Below, one piece after another: positions 41,692 to 53,422 of a stretch of 64,000 nt of DNA. A program made the position numbers and the translations under genes. The stretch is from contig CM022670.1 of assembly GCA_012295275.1 (NCBI GenBank), positions 35,402,001 to 35,466,000 of the forward strand, written 5' to 3'. Source of the DNA: Chrysomallon squamiferum. Lineage: Eukaryota; Animalia; Mollusca. The notes under the pieces are model-generated. The model searched no databases. It saw nothing but the letters and a program-made list of their open reading frames with translations, and was not told where the DNA came from. The first letter of the stretch is position 1; every line of letters starts with the position of its first letter.

Positions 41692-43143
41692 GTTCCTGGC
41701 ATTGCGTGGGATCGTTGATCGGAGACGAACGCAGCCACTGTTGCATTCATTCAGCTAATTGTTTATCTCCTGTACAAATAGGAATTTCATAAGAAAAAAA
41801 AAAAAAAACACACACACACACACAAAACAACAAAAAAAACAACAACATCAGGTTTGGTAAAAAAAAAAAAAGTACGTTTGTTGATAAGGAAACCAGGAAG
41901 TAACGGGAGTTTTGGGACCAGTTGTCACGTTCTGTTCTGCGCTGCGGTGTGCTCGTGTGAAAACACACCTGCAATCATTAGATAAATTGGCGATACCAGC
42001 CGTTCTGAGGCCGTTGAGTAAATACCAAAACTCGGCTCGAGTAACTGGAAACCAGTCGGCATGTTTACACACACAGCAGTAGACTGGAATTTCTTGGTCA
42101 ATACGCCGTCGACTGTATTCCGCAGACAACGTTTTTATTATTATTATTATTATACTGCTTTCTTACCGGGCTGTTGTTACTGATACTTCGTTTTTGAAGT
42201 CTGATTTATTTTATTGGTTAATTTTTGTTTATTTTATTTATTTATTTATTTGTTAATTTTAATTTATTTTATTTATTTATTTATTTATTCATTCATTAAT
42301 TGTGTTTAGTTGTTTGGTTGTTTGATTGTTTGTTTGTTTGTTTGATTGGTTGGTTGGTTGGTTTCTGTTTATTTCATTGATTGGCTGGCTAGAGTTTGGT
42401 TTCTGTTTAATTATTGTTTCTAATTGTGATTGTTGGTTTCTATTTGCTTGTTTGCTGAGTATCGCTCAAAAATCGAAGCAAGCGTAAATGTTTTTTTTTT
42501 TTTTTAGTATTCCTTCTGTTATTGCTAATACTAACACTAACACTACTATATTATTACTGTTACTACTATATTACTACTAATGCTATTATTTGAATTATTA
42601 ATCAAACTGTTATTTCTTGTATACTACCACAACTACCAGTACTAAAATTAATACTAATACCTGTACTGTTTGTGTTCTGATGCTGCTTTTACCAGTTCTA
42701 TTGTTCCTGCTACCTTTTCTATTTCTACTACAACGATTTCCACAATGACTTTTACGGCTGTTGTTGCTGATGTTATCATCACTGTAATCAACTTTATAAT
42801 AAATATCACAGTCGCTTCCAGTTGAAGCAGTTGGCACAAATAAAAGAGTCGAGCTGAAATTATTGTTTTATTCCATTCTGTGAAGCCCAAGAGAAATCTG
42901 ATTTAAAACAACGGCAGTGGTATTTGCAGCTGAAATGTAATAAATACAAGGATTTTTAAACTGATTCGAAATTAACCTTAATTTAATTTTACCTATGCTC
43001 AATGTGTAACGGAAATGTTTTTAATGCAGATGTAAAACGAAATATAAAGAAGCATTTATACATTGAATGGAAGAGAGTTAAGCCATGTATGTATGTATGT
43101 ATGTATGTATGTATGTATGTATGTATGTATGTATGTATGTATA

Positions 43144-43188
<45 letters not shown>

Positions 43189-43754
43189 AGTATGTGTGTA
43201 TATATGTATGTGTATAAGTATGTATATATGAATGAGTGTATTATGTATTTATTATATATTTGTATTTATGAGTGTGTGTATGTGTGTGTGTGTGTGTGTG
43301 TGTTTGTGTGTGCGTGTGTGTGTTTAGATAGGTAGGTAGGTATATAATCATAATGATACGAAAAATAAGGCATACACACAGAGAGATGTAGGAATAAAAT
43401 CCACATAATATGTATCAAAATATATACAAAGAAAACCATATTTACAGATATACACAAAGAAAATATCACTGAAATTAATATTTAATATCAGTTGGAAAAC
43501 CAGACTTTAAGTTGTAAACGAGAGGTCAGCAGAGTGATCGATATCGATCTCTGTGGCTTAATGGGACTGTCCACAGGGTCCATAAATGTCTAAAGGCGGA
43601 TAAATGTCTAGGAGGGGTTAAAGGGAGGATCTGAATAGAAATAAACTGAGAAGGAGTGACCAAACGCAATGGTGAAATGAATCTTATGAAGAGTCAGTAA
43701 TGAAGAAAAAGAACGAAAACATTATTACATTGAAAAATTTATAATATCATAGTA

Positions 43755-43924
43755 TTTATTTACTTACTTACTTACTTACTTTATTTATTTATTTATTTAT
43801 TTATTCATGTATTGATTTAATTATTGATTTAAATATTTATTTATTTATTTATTTGTTCATTTATTTATTCATGTATTTATTTGTTTATTTATTCATGAAT
43901 TTATTTATTTACTTATTTATTTAC

Positions 43925-43955
<31 letters not shown>

Positions 43956-44986
43956 TTTTACATGTTTGGGGGTCGATGAGTGAGACATCAAGAACTCCGT
44001 GAAGAGGTGGATGATCTGAAAGGTGTATCGACCCCAGCTGTAAACAAAACATTTTCTGTTTGATGTATAAACGTTGACCCATTTTTACGTTGACGTCTGA
44101 CACACAGTACTCAGTGCTCCTGACTGATCGGTCAGGTTTTTTTTTTACCGATGACCTATGTCTGTTTATCTATGTTTTATTTACTCATTCATTTATTTAT
44201 TTATTGATTTATTTACTTACTTATTTATTTATTTATTTATTCATGTATTTATTTATTTACTTATTTATTTACTTATTTATTGATTTGTATTCTTATTTAT
44301 TTATTTATTTATTCATGTATTTATTTATTTATTTATTTATTTATCTATTTACTTATTTATTTACTTATTTATATATTTATTTTACATGTTTGGGGGTCGA
44401 TGAGTGAGACATCAAGAACTCCGTGAAGAGGTGGATGATCTGAAACGTGTATCGACCCCAGCTGTAAACAAAACATTTTCTGTTTGATATATAAACGTTG
44501 ACCCATTTTACGTTGACGTCTGACACACAGTACTCAGTGCTCCTGACTGATCGGTCAGGTTTTTTTTTTTACCGATGACCTATGTCTGTTTATCTATGTT
44601 TTATTTACTCATTCGTTTATTTATTTATTGATTTATTTACTTACTTATTTATTGATTTATTTATTCATGTATTTATTTATTTACTTATTTATTGATTTGT
44701 ATTCTTATTTATTTATTTATTTATTCATGTATTTATTTATTTATTTACTTATTCGTTTATTTACTTATTTATTTATTTATTTATTTATTTATTTTACATG
44801 TTTGGGGGTCGATGTGAGACATCAAGAACTCCACGAAGAGGTGGATGATCTGGTATCGAATCTGTAAACAAAACATTTTCTGTTTGATATATAAACGTTG
44901 ACCCATTTTACGTTGACGTCTGACACACACACGGTACGTAGTACACGTGACCGTTCGGTCACTTTATTTACCGATGACCTATGTCT
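43755..44986. repeat. Tandem triplication of a unit of about 0.42 kb: (TTTA)n tract plus a core of about 230 bp with hairpins
   Basis: Cores start (TTTACATGTTTGGGGGTCGATG) at 43957, 44381 and 44793. Copies 1 and 2 are near-identical; copy 3 diverges locally. Confidence 0.92.
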
Positions 44987-45380
44987 ATCGATTCCTTCTG
45001 CACTGCTTTGCCTTCCAGCCAATCAGTCGTGGCTATGAAATATGTATGTGTCCAGTACCGAAGCTGGTGAACACAAACATTGTGTAATTGCACTTCGATG
45101 GGTGCCTTAGCCAAATTACCCATCGTTCAGTTCGTGACAATTGACATAACACAGTTTTGGTCACAGAATTCGACGCTGGATATTAGTATATGGCGCCATT
45201 TTGATTTGATTTCTGTCTTTTTTTTTTTTCTTCGTTTATTTACTTTTATTCAAACAATTTTTATTAATTCTTATTTCTATGTTATCTTTTTTTAACTAAC
45301 AGTTATTTTTTACAGTGATAATTGTAATGTTAATTAACACATTTCAGTAATAACAACAGTATCATCCTCATCATCATCAT

Positions 45381-45441
<61 letters not shown>

Positions 45442-48400
45442 ATTACTACTACAGCTATTGCCATCACTACCGCCAGTGCAGTAAAACAAATCTGCGTTTA
45501 AATGGAATTCTTTCCCATACAGACTCATTATTATTTCAGTTTACATTATAGTAATCATTTATTAATAAGGATGGCCGTGTGAAGACACTGGGGAGACGTG
45601 GAAATTGTAAATGTGCCGAGCCTCTGTACAAGGCACGCATCATCAATATACATAATTACTTTGATACTGAATTACCTATCGTAGCTTTTATTTCCAACAG
45701 GCCATTTATTTATTTATTTATTTTACTGGGGTTTTTTTCTACGTGGAATCATTTCTAATTACTACACATCTTTTCCTTTTTTTTTTTTTTTTTTTCAAAC
45801 CCTTTATTTCCATCGTGTAAATTAAGGATAACTTCTTTAACTGCCCAGGACGATCACCAAACTGAACTTAATAGCACACGTGAGTTCAGTACTCTTGACC
45901 GGACAACCGGTATGAATAAATGGTCAAGCGATCGGCAGTAGCGGTCAGCCAACGGTTAGCTAACCTGCATTAGCGGTGAAATAACTAACCTGTGTTAGGT
46001 GAACGAATCTTGCTGTTCTTTGATTTAAATATGTCACTGCACTGTGTGCCCGTACTCTTAGACAACGAGTCTGCGAAGAAATATCATTTACAATGGAGCG
46101 AGATCGATAATACGAAATCATTTTCTTTAATTTGTTCCCGTCGGTGAAGCAAGTAAACTATGATATTGTTGCGAAAACTGGCTTCGTACCGCGTGGACGT
46201 CTCTCTCTCTGACACAGCAGGCTGTACCTTGTTAGTGCAACGTGAGCCACGACGTTCAGGTTTGCCTTGTTTTGATTGACACGAAGTAATTAGTACGTGA
46301 CCTGCTTTATTTAACTGTTAGACAGTTCACATACAGGGGCACATGCGTGCACACACTGTTATACATACATACATACATACAAATACACACATACACATAC
46401 ACACATTCATACATACATATATACACTCATACGGATACAGATACAAACATACATACATACATACATACAAACATACATACAAACATACATACATACATTC
46501 ATACAATCAAACATAATTATTAATATATTATGCATACATTCATACATACGTACACGCATATATATATATATATATATTTACAATACTACATTCATTCATA
46601 AATAAAAAATATCCCAACATAAACATGCAAACTCGTTTCCTTTTTAATGAGAATAAGCGTGTGTTTCTAAACGTTAAGTATAGTTTTATGTTCGTGAAAA
46701 CGCCACCATTTCCGCCCTAAAAGATAGGCAGACAGACTACAAGACAAACAGACAGATGGTCTGGTAGATAGTTACATTTCAGCATGCCCACTAGACATCT
46801 CTTCAGATATATATAAACTAAATCATTTGAAAATGAACTTTCATTCCAAACTATTAACTGGCATTAAGAACACGAAGAAGAAGAAGAAGAAGAAGAAGAA
46901 GAAGAAGAAGAAGAAGAAAAAAGAAGAAAAAAAAGTTAAATGTAAAATGCATTTGTGTTTAATAAGTAATGATTCGGTTCTATTTGTGTTAAATCCAGCC
47001 ATTGATTCCAATACTTATATTAACACAGAAAACGAATTAATTTTTTTTTTTTTTTCCATGAATTTAAAACCATGGTAACGATAGGTAAATGAATCTGTGG
47101 ACAACTTTGAAGACCTGATTACTTTTACAAGAGTTGCTGTCCTTAGGTGCCTTCTTCTGCTTTAAAAGTAAATATTAGCTATTAATATCAGATCGATATA
47201 TATTTTTTTTTTTTTCTCGTTTAGCTGTTCTATAAAAAAATAAAATGATAATAATAATTTCAGATTTGTCAAGAAACTATCAAAGTGAAATCGTAATAAT
47301 TATTGCTATGATACTGATCTGAAATGCGATAAAATAACGTTTTGTTAATAATGTCATATTACGCGTATTATGCGGGAATTATTTTCTTTTGTCTTACACA
47401 TAGTCGTAATACATAATCCCTTACGATCAGTCTCTGATAATAATAATAATAGTAAAGGGTGATAATAAAATATCCAGATCATAAAATGACTGGCATTTTC
47501 GCTTTTATCTTGATTGTCTGAAGATTCTGTAACAAGTCTGTCAAGATTATTAACATAATTTGTTTATTCTCCTAGATACGAAAACATATCATTATAAAAG
47601 GGGAAAATTTCATCCTTCATATCGGGCGTGCTTCATTATAGCTTGCTCTGATTAGAACGTTAAATATGTTCCATTTCCTCATGTATCAGACTCGTGTTTT
47701 AATGTTTAACTTCACTGTTAGTCAGTGAATTATACAGAATGTGTTTATGTCTTTTGTACAGGTTCCCAGAATTAAGTATAAGCTGCAAAAGCTACTGCTA
47801 ACAATCGGAAAGGGTCAATAATGATTTCATTTTAATTATTACACGATTTTTATTAATTGTTGTAACATATCGAATAGGGTTTTTATCGGTTTACTGAGCT
47901 TTTGGGCTTCTTGAAGTCTAAAACCAGCACCGAATTAAATTTTGTAGTTAACATATTATAATCCTCTTGAAAAAATGTTAATTTGATATTTGTAGAGCAG
48001 GATGTATGATATAGATTTCTATATATATAGTGTTTCTTCTTTATAATATATACTGCCTCGTGAAATGGTACTCATATTTTAATTTATGTAACTGAATATA
48101 TGTGATGTGTTTTGCACGTTTTGTGCTCATGAAGTCATGATGTAGATCAGCATCTGTGTTGCAGACAGGAAAAAAGCAAAACGGTGAATGCTGATTAGAA
48201 TCTGAGTTTAATAGGAAAGCACACAGGAAGCAAACAATTCTGTATGCCTTGAGTTTGTCCTAATCCGCTGACTGCAATGTCCTCATTATGTACAAACGTC
48301 ATTACATCATTTATATGATTGATGGATTTTTGTTCGTCATACCACAAGTTTCATCATCATCATCATCATACTATTGTTGGTAAAGCTTTATTTGTATGTA

Positions 48401-49341
48401 TGTATGTATGTATGTATGTATGTATGTATGTATGTATGTATGTATATACGTATATATGTATGAATGTATGTATGTATGTATGTATGTATGTATATATTTA
48501 AAAACAAGATTTGTAGAAGTGAAAATACGTCATCTGATATAAATAAAATTTGCTCCGTGGTTTGTCGCAAACAGAAATCGAAATCTTAAATGTTTAAAGT
48601 TGTCTCCTTCTTATAGCGTTTGTCCCGGACATCGTAGACGTGCTAGAACCGTTTTGGTGCAAACTTGAAAAATACAGACTCGACAGACAAAAACGCTGGT
48701 GTAACTGCTTTTTACACCGCGACGCACGATTCACATCAAACGTAAAGCTAAGCGACACTTCCACCTCAGTGAGTAGCAATTATCGGTGCTGCCCCGTTTC
48801 ACTTAATCGTAGACGTGGGACATTTATGATGTCTGGCTCTATTAATTTACGTCTCTCCTCATTTATGCATGTGTGCCTTCTCGCTTTATGAGTCCTAATG
48901 AACTCGAATTTTCTCCGATTTCTGTCTTTTCATGTTACTCAGAAAGAGAAATATTAAATCGCGTCTTTGTCGGATTTAAATTCTGGCAGTATTGTTGAAA
49001 CCGTTTGTACGTTCAGAAATGTCTGATATTTTTACATATTCCCTATTATCACACTGGTCTATATATATCCCTTAAAAGGATGCAGAGACAAAATAGTCTG
49101 AGCGTATGTATGCATAACAACTTTTTGTAAAACAGATTTTTATGTAAAAAAGATAGAAGCATACACTGCTTAGTTCCTGTGTTCAAAGAAGGAGGAACAG
49201 ACCCTTCGTGTTAATAAATTTGATATTATATTAATTTGATAGGAATTCTCAGTGGAAAAATTATTTTATTATTACTCTAATTTTATTTTATTTTATTTTA
49301 TTTTATTTTATTCTTTCTTTCTTTCTTTATTTCTTTATCTA

Positions 49342-49387
<46 letters not shown>

Positions 49388-50081
49388 TTTTTTTTTACTG
49401 CATTAATGTAAAGCGCAATAATAAAATTATGCCTTAAGAGCAATTCTGGTTACTTAGAAACATATATCATAAATGTACAAATCATTTTGTAATAACCACA
49501 TTGCAATTTTGTGCTGGGTATGTTTATTGTCCACTTGCTTTGCTGTTCTCGTGTTTATGCTCGATTAGTTCCATTCCTCGTTGCATCTGAACCATTGATG
49601 GGTTTGTGTGTGGTATGATTTATGATATGCTTCTGTAAGAGAACTATTCAAACAGATAAGCTGAATACAGGAGTCCATCTGTGACTTTGTCTTTACCTGT
49701 CTCAGAAATAACTTTTAAAAAAGAAGAAGAAGAAGAAGAAGAAGAAGAAGAAGAAGAAAAAAAACTAAACTTTTAACAGAACATACGACCGAACTAAGTC
49801 TTGTGTGAATTGAAATAAACTATCGGAAGACAGAAATACGAGCTGACTTGCTGATGATGGTGTTTAGCGCTAGACTCCGCAGTCAGTGATAGACCAATTA
49901 CCGTCACGAAACAGCTTAAAATAAGTAATGGAAAAAATATTTTTGCTGAATAAGCAGCTAAGGAAGAAATGGTTTGGATTTTACGTAAAAATACACGGCT
50001 CGTGCAAAAAAAAATGTCTGTAACTTAATATTACGAATTTATTGCAATTCGCCATGTTGAAAGCAAGGAAGAGACAAATTT

Positions 50082-50096
50082 GGAAGTGACGTCACT
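50082..50096. promoter_or_regulatory. ETS-CRE composite-like site (GGAAGTGACGTCACT)
   Basis: 12-bp palindrome AGTGACGTCACT at 50085-50096 overlapping GGAAGT. Function not shown. Confidence 0.35.
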
Positions 50097-50339
50097 CAAA
50101 TTAGCAAGCCAAATATGCAGCATTTACAGGAACAGGGATATAGCTTTGATAGCATGTCTCAGAACTGTTTGAGGACCATGAGTGGAAAATTATATTACTG
50201 TTAAGAGACAGAAAACATAAATCGATTGCCTAATAATGCAAGCCAGGTATTTTTAGAGATACTGCTGTTATATATATTGTTTATTTAGTAGGAAAGTATA
50301 CGAAACATTATCAGTGTAATGTATGATAATCTTTGAAAT

Positions 50340-50575
50340 GACATGGTTAATTAGAAAACTGTAATGGTTGTACTTGTTAAAATAATTAAAAATAGCATCT
50401 GAGTCCAAATAACTTAAAATGACTGTACTTGTTGAAATAACTAGCAATGATTCTCTTTGTTAAAATAACTTACAGTGACAGTTCTCGTTAAAATAACTAA
50501 TAAATTTCTCTGCATGCTGAAATAAATAACAATGGTTTTGTTGTTGAAATGACTAACAACGACTGTATCTGTTGC
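50340..50575. repeat. Degenerate minisatellite of about 28 bp (TTGTTRAAATAACTAACAATGACTGTAC-like), about 8 copies
   Basis: Recurring gttaaaataact / gttgaaataact at about 28-bp spacing. Confidence 0.75.
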
Positions 50576-50792
50576 TTTGGTTAAGGTCAACGAAAAGAAA
50601 TAATTTCAGTTTCTTTTGTAGTATTTGTTTTTTTTTTTTTTTTTTTGTTTTCTTTATACGCATATAAGCTGCGTACGTAATGGCTGATATGAAGATAGCA
50701 CAGTATCCAGACAAACACATACAATCGCATGTTAGGTTAAATAAATGTTAACATAATCATAGAAAGAATTTATCAACCTATCTGACAGGTGA

Positions 50793-51250
50793 ACGCGTAT
50801 ATATATATTTAATAACGAGAACACAGAGAAAGTGACGCATGTATATGTGTAATAATTGGACAGTGATGTACTCTGATGACATCATAGAGACAAGGAAGTA
50901 AACAGTAGACACGTATATATGTTTAATAACGAGAACACAGAGAAAGTAACGAGGGTATATGTGTAATAATTAGACAGTGATGTACACTGATGACATCATA
51001 GAGACAAGGAAGTAAACAGTAGACACGTATATATGTTTAATAACGAGAACACAGAGAAAGTAGCGAGCGTATATGGTAATAATTAGACAGTGATGAACAC
51101 TGATGACATCATAGAGACAAGGAAGTAAACAGTAGACACGTATGTACATTTAATAACGAGAACACAGAGAAAGTAACGAGGGTATATGTGTAATAATTAG
51201 ACAGTGATGTACACTGATGATATCATACAAACTAGGAAGTAAACAGCAGA
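50793..51250. repeat. 114-bp tandem repeat, 4 copies
   Basis: GAGAACACAGAGAAAGT at 50817, 50931, 51045 and 51158; high identity between units. Confidence 0.95.
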
Positions 51251-51597
51251 AAGAATTGTTAAACCATTTTGTCACGTATGTACGTTCAATAAAATAACCA
51301 GAAATCCACGTTCACTGAAGAAGTTAAAATCTAGGAAGTAAAGAGTGGAAAGCATTGTCAAACCCATTTGTCACGAATTCATAAATAATAAGCAGACTGT
51401 CACGTACACAGAGCAAGTTAGGTTAGATACTTGGAAGCTAACTGTCGAAAGAATAACCAGCTTATTTGTTACATGACAATAATAATTACATTTTTACATT
51501 TTTTGTCGTTCTTCTTATTATTATTTAAAAATATAGCTGTTTATTGTATTAAACATGGAAAAGAACAGAACATTACCCAAATTCTTCTTAAAGAAAG

Positions 51598-51643
<46 letters not shown>

Positions 51644-53008
51644 AAGAAAAACACTATGAAAATTTTATCGTCATATCTGTAAAGCATATGTGTGTAATGA
51701 ACAGTCACCTACGTCATAGACGTTAGGTTAGAAACCGAAGAAGCTAGCTGTCAAATCAAACACAAATCTATTCGTCAGGCTTGTTTAGCAACCACTCGTG
51801 CATGCAGATAAAAACGTCTTGTAAATTAGCAGTTGAAAAACGTTATCAATCCATTTTGTCAAGCAATTACGCGTGATAAAACAGACAGTGACGTACGCAG
51901 ATGCACGCTAGGTGAAAAAACTGGAGACGTTAACCGTCAAAAGATTCATTAACCTATTTGTCGCGCATGTACGTGGATTCCTTGTCATTTCTACGCCGAT
52001 AGAGAATCGATGACCAAAAACTAGTAATAAATAGTTTGAAGTCTCATGCAGCCATAACAGATTTCCAAGAGAGTTTGGGTAATCTGCGAGTTTTTATTAT
52101 TATTTTTGTATTTTTTGTATTTGTATTTTTTTATTTTTTTTTATCCTGCTGAATACAATAAAGAGGCAAGACAGAAAAGCCGCGACTGAGACGGTTGATG
52201 TTTATGTTCTTGATATCGATCCTGGCGATGTTGGTAATATGACGTTAGGACAGTGAAAAGGGTCAATGGCCGAGTGACCAGATAACACTAAGAAAATCAT
52301 GTCTGGCACATCACGGGACTCGCCAGAAAGGTGGGGAGGAAGAACCTCTCTGCGACTGTTTCAGCGAAATGAGAGGCTATCAAAATTAATGTGTCTGCAG
52401 TGTTATTGGGAGATACACACATCTGTTACACATGATGGCATTTATTTTAGTTTTACTACATTATATCTAAAATTTTAACTACACCGTCCTTTGAATTGAT
52501 AATTAATTTTGTTACGGTTGAGGGTTCTTTATGGATATAATTTGCATGGATGAAAGAACAAAAAAAAATAAAAAAGTACTCAGTCTTTTGTTGACTGAAA
52601 ACGTGGAAAGAAAACCTTTAGATGATACTCTTCGATTAGCATTAAAAAAGTATTTTATCAGCACCATCCCATAGACTGGAAAATGTATGCAATGCTTTTG
52701 ACTAACCAACGAGAAATAGCCTATGGATCCCCAATGGATATTTGAGTTACAGTTCACTAGTCTAACCACTTAGCTACTAATTGCTCCTATTATTGGTTTA
52801 TTCCTGTATTTTTGGTCATATACTTGTAATTAAACACATCGATGTAAAGTTTTACTTTTCATATTGAAATATCTCTGCACGTGCTTATGTCAAGTTTTCT
52901 TTCTTTCTTACGATGGTAATGATAACGATCATTAAATTGTTGTTGTTATTATTATTAACTTCATCATAATCAACATTTTTTTTTTTTTTTTGCTATTGTT
53001 TTTGCTAT

Positions 53009-53055
<47 letters not shown>

Positions 53056-53070
53056 TTATTATCATTAAAA

Positions 53071-53074
<4 letters not shown>

Positions 53075-53131
<57 letters not shown>

Positions 53132-53248
53132 CACATCATAAAGATTTCACGGAGAATAACAAAGATTTTAAGATAATTCTTGCACAATAACATACCATGA
53201 ATAATAATAATAATAATAATAATAATGTCTGGAAGCAAGAACAAAAAA

Positions 53249-53282
<34 letters not shown>

Positions 53283-53348
53283 CACATCATAAAGATTTCA
53301 CGGAGAATAACAAAGATGTTAAGATAATTCTTGCACAATAACGTACCA

Positions 53349-53408
<60 letters not shown>

Positions 53409-53422
53409 TCTGGAAGCAAGAA
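53075..53422. repeat. Tandem duplication of (TTA)n-core-(AAT)n-GTCTGGAAGCAAGA
   Basis: Core ATACACATCATAAAGATTTCACGGAGAATAACAAAGAT.TTAAGATAATTCTTGCACAATAAC.TACCATG at about 53129 and 53280 (2 substitutions). Confidence 0.92.

Noticed and set aside
41848-42129. 93-aa minus-strand ORF with non-repetitive sequence
   Set aside because: Non-ATG start, no recognisable domain, and no convincing splice sites.
44119-44146. Hairpin plus T-run as a bacterial intrinsic terminator
   Set aside because: The context is a eukaryotic intron with no upstream bacterial-type gene. It is treated as part of the triplicated unit.
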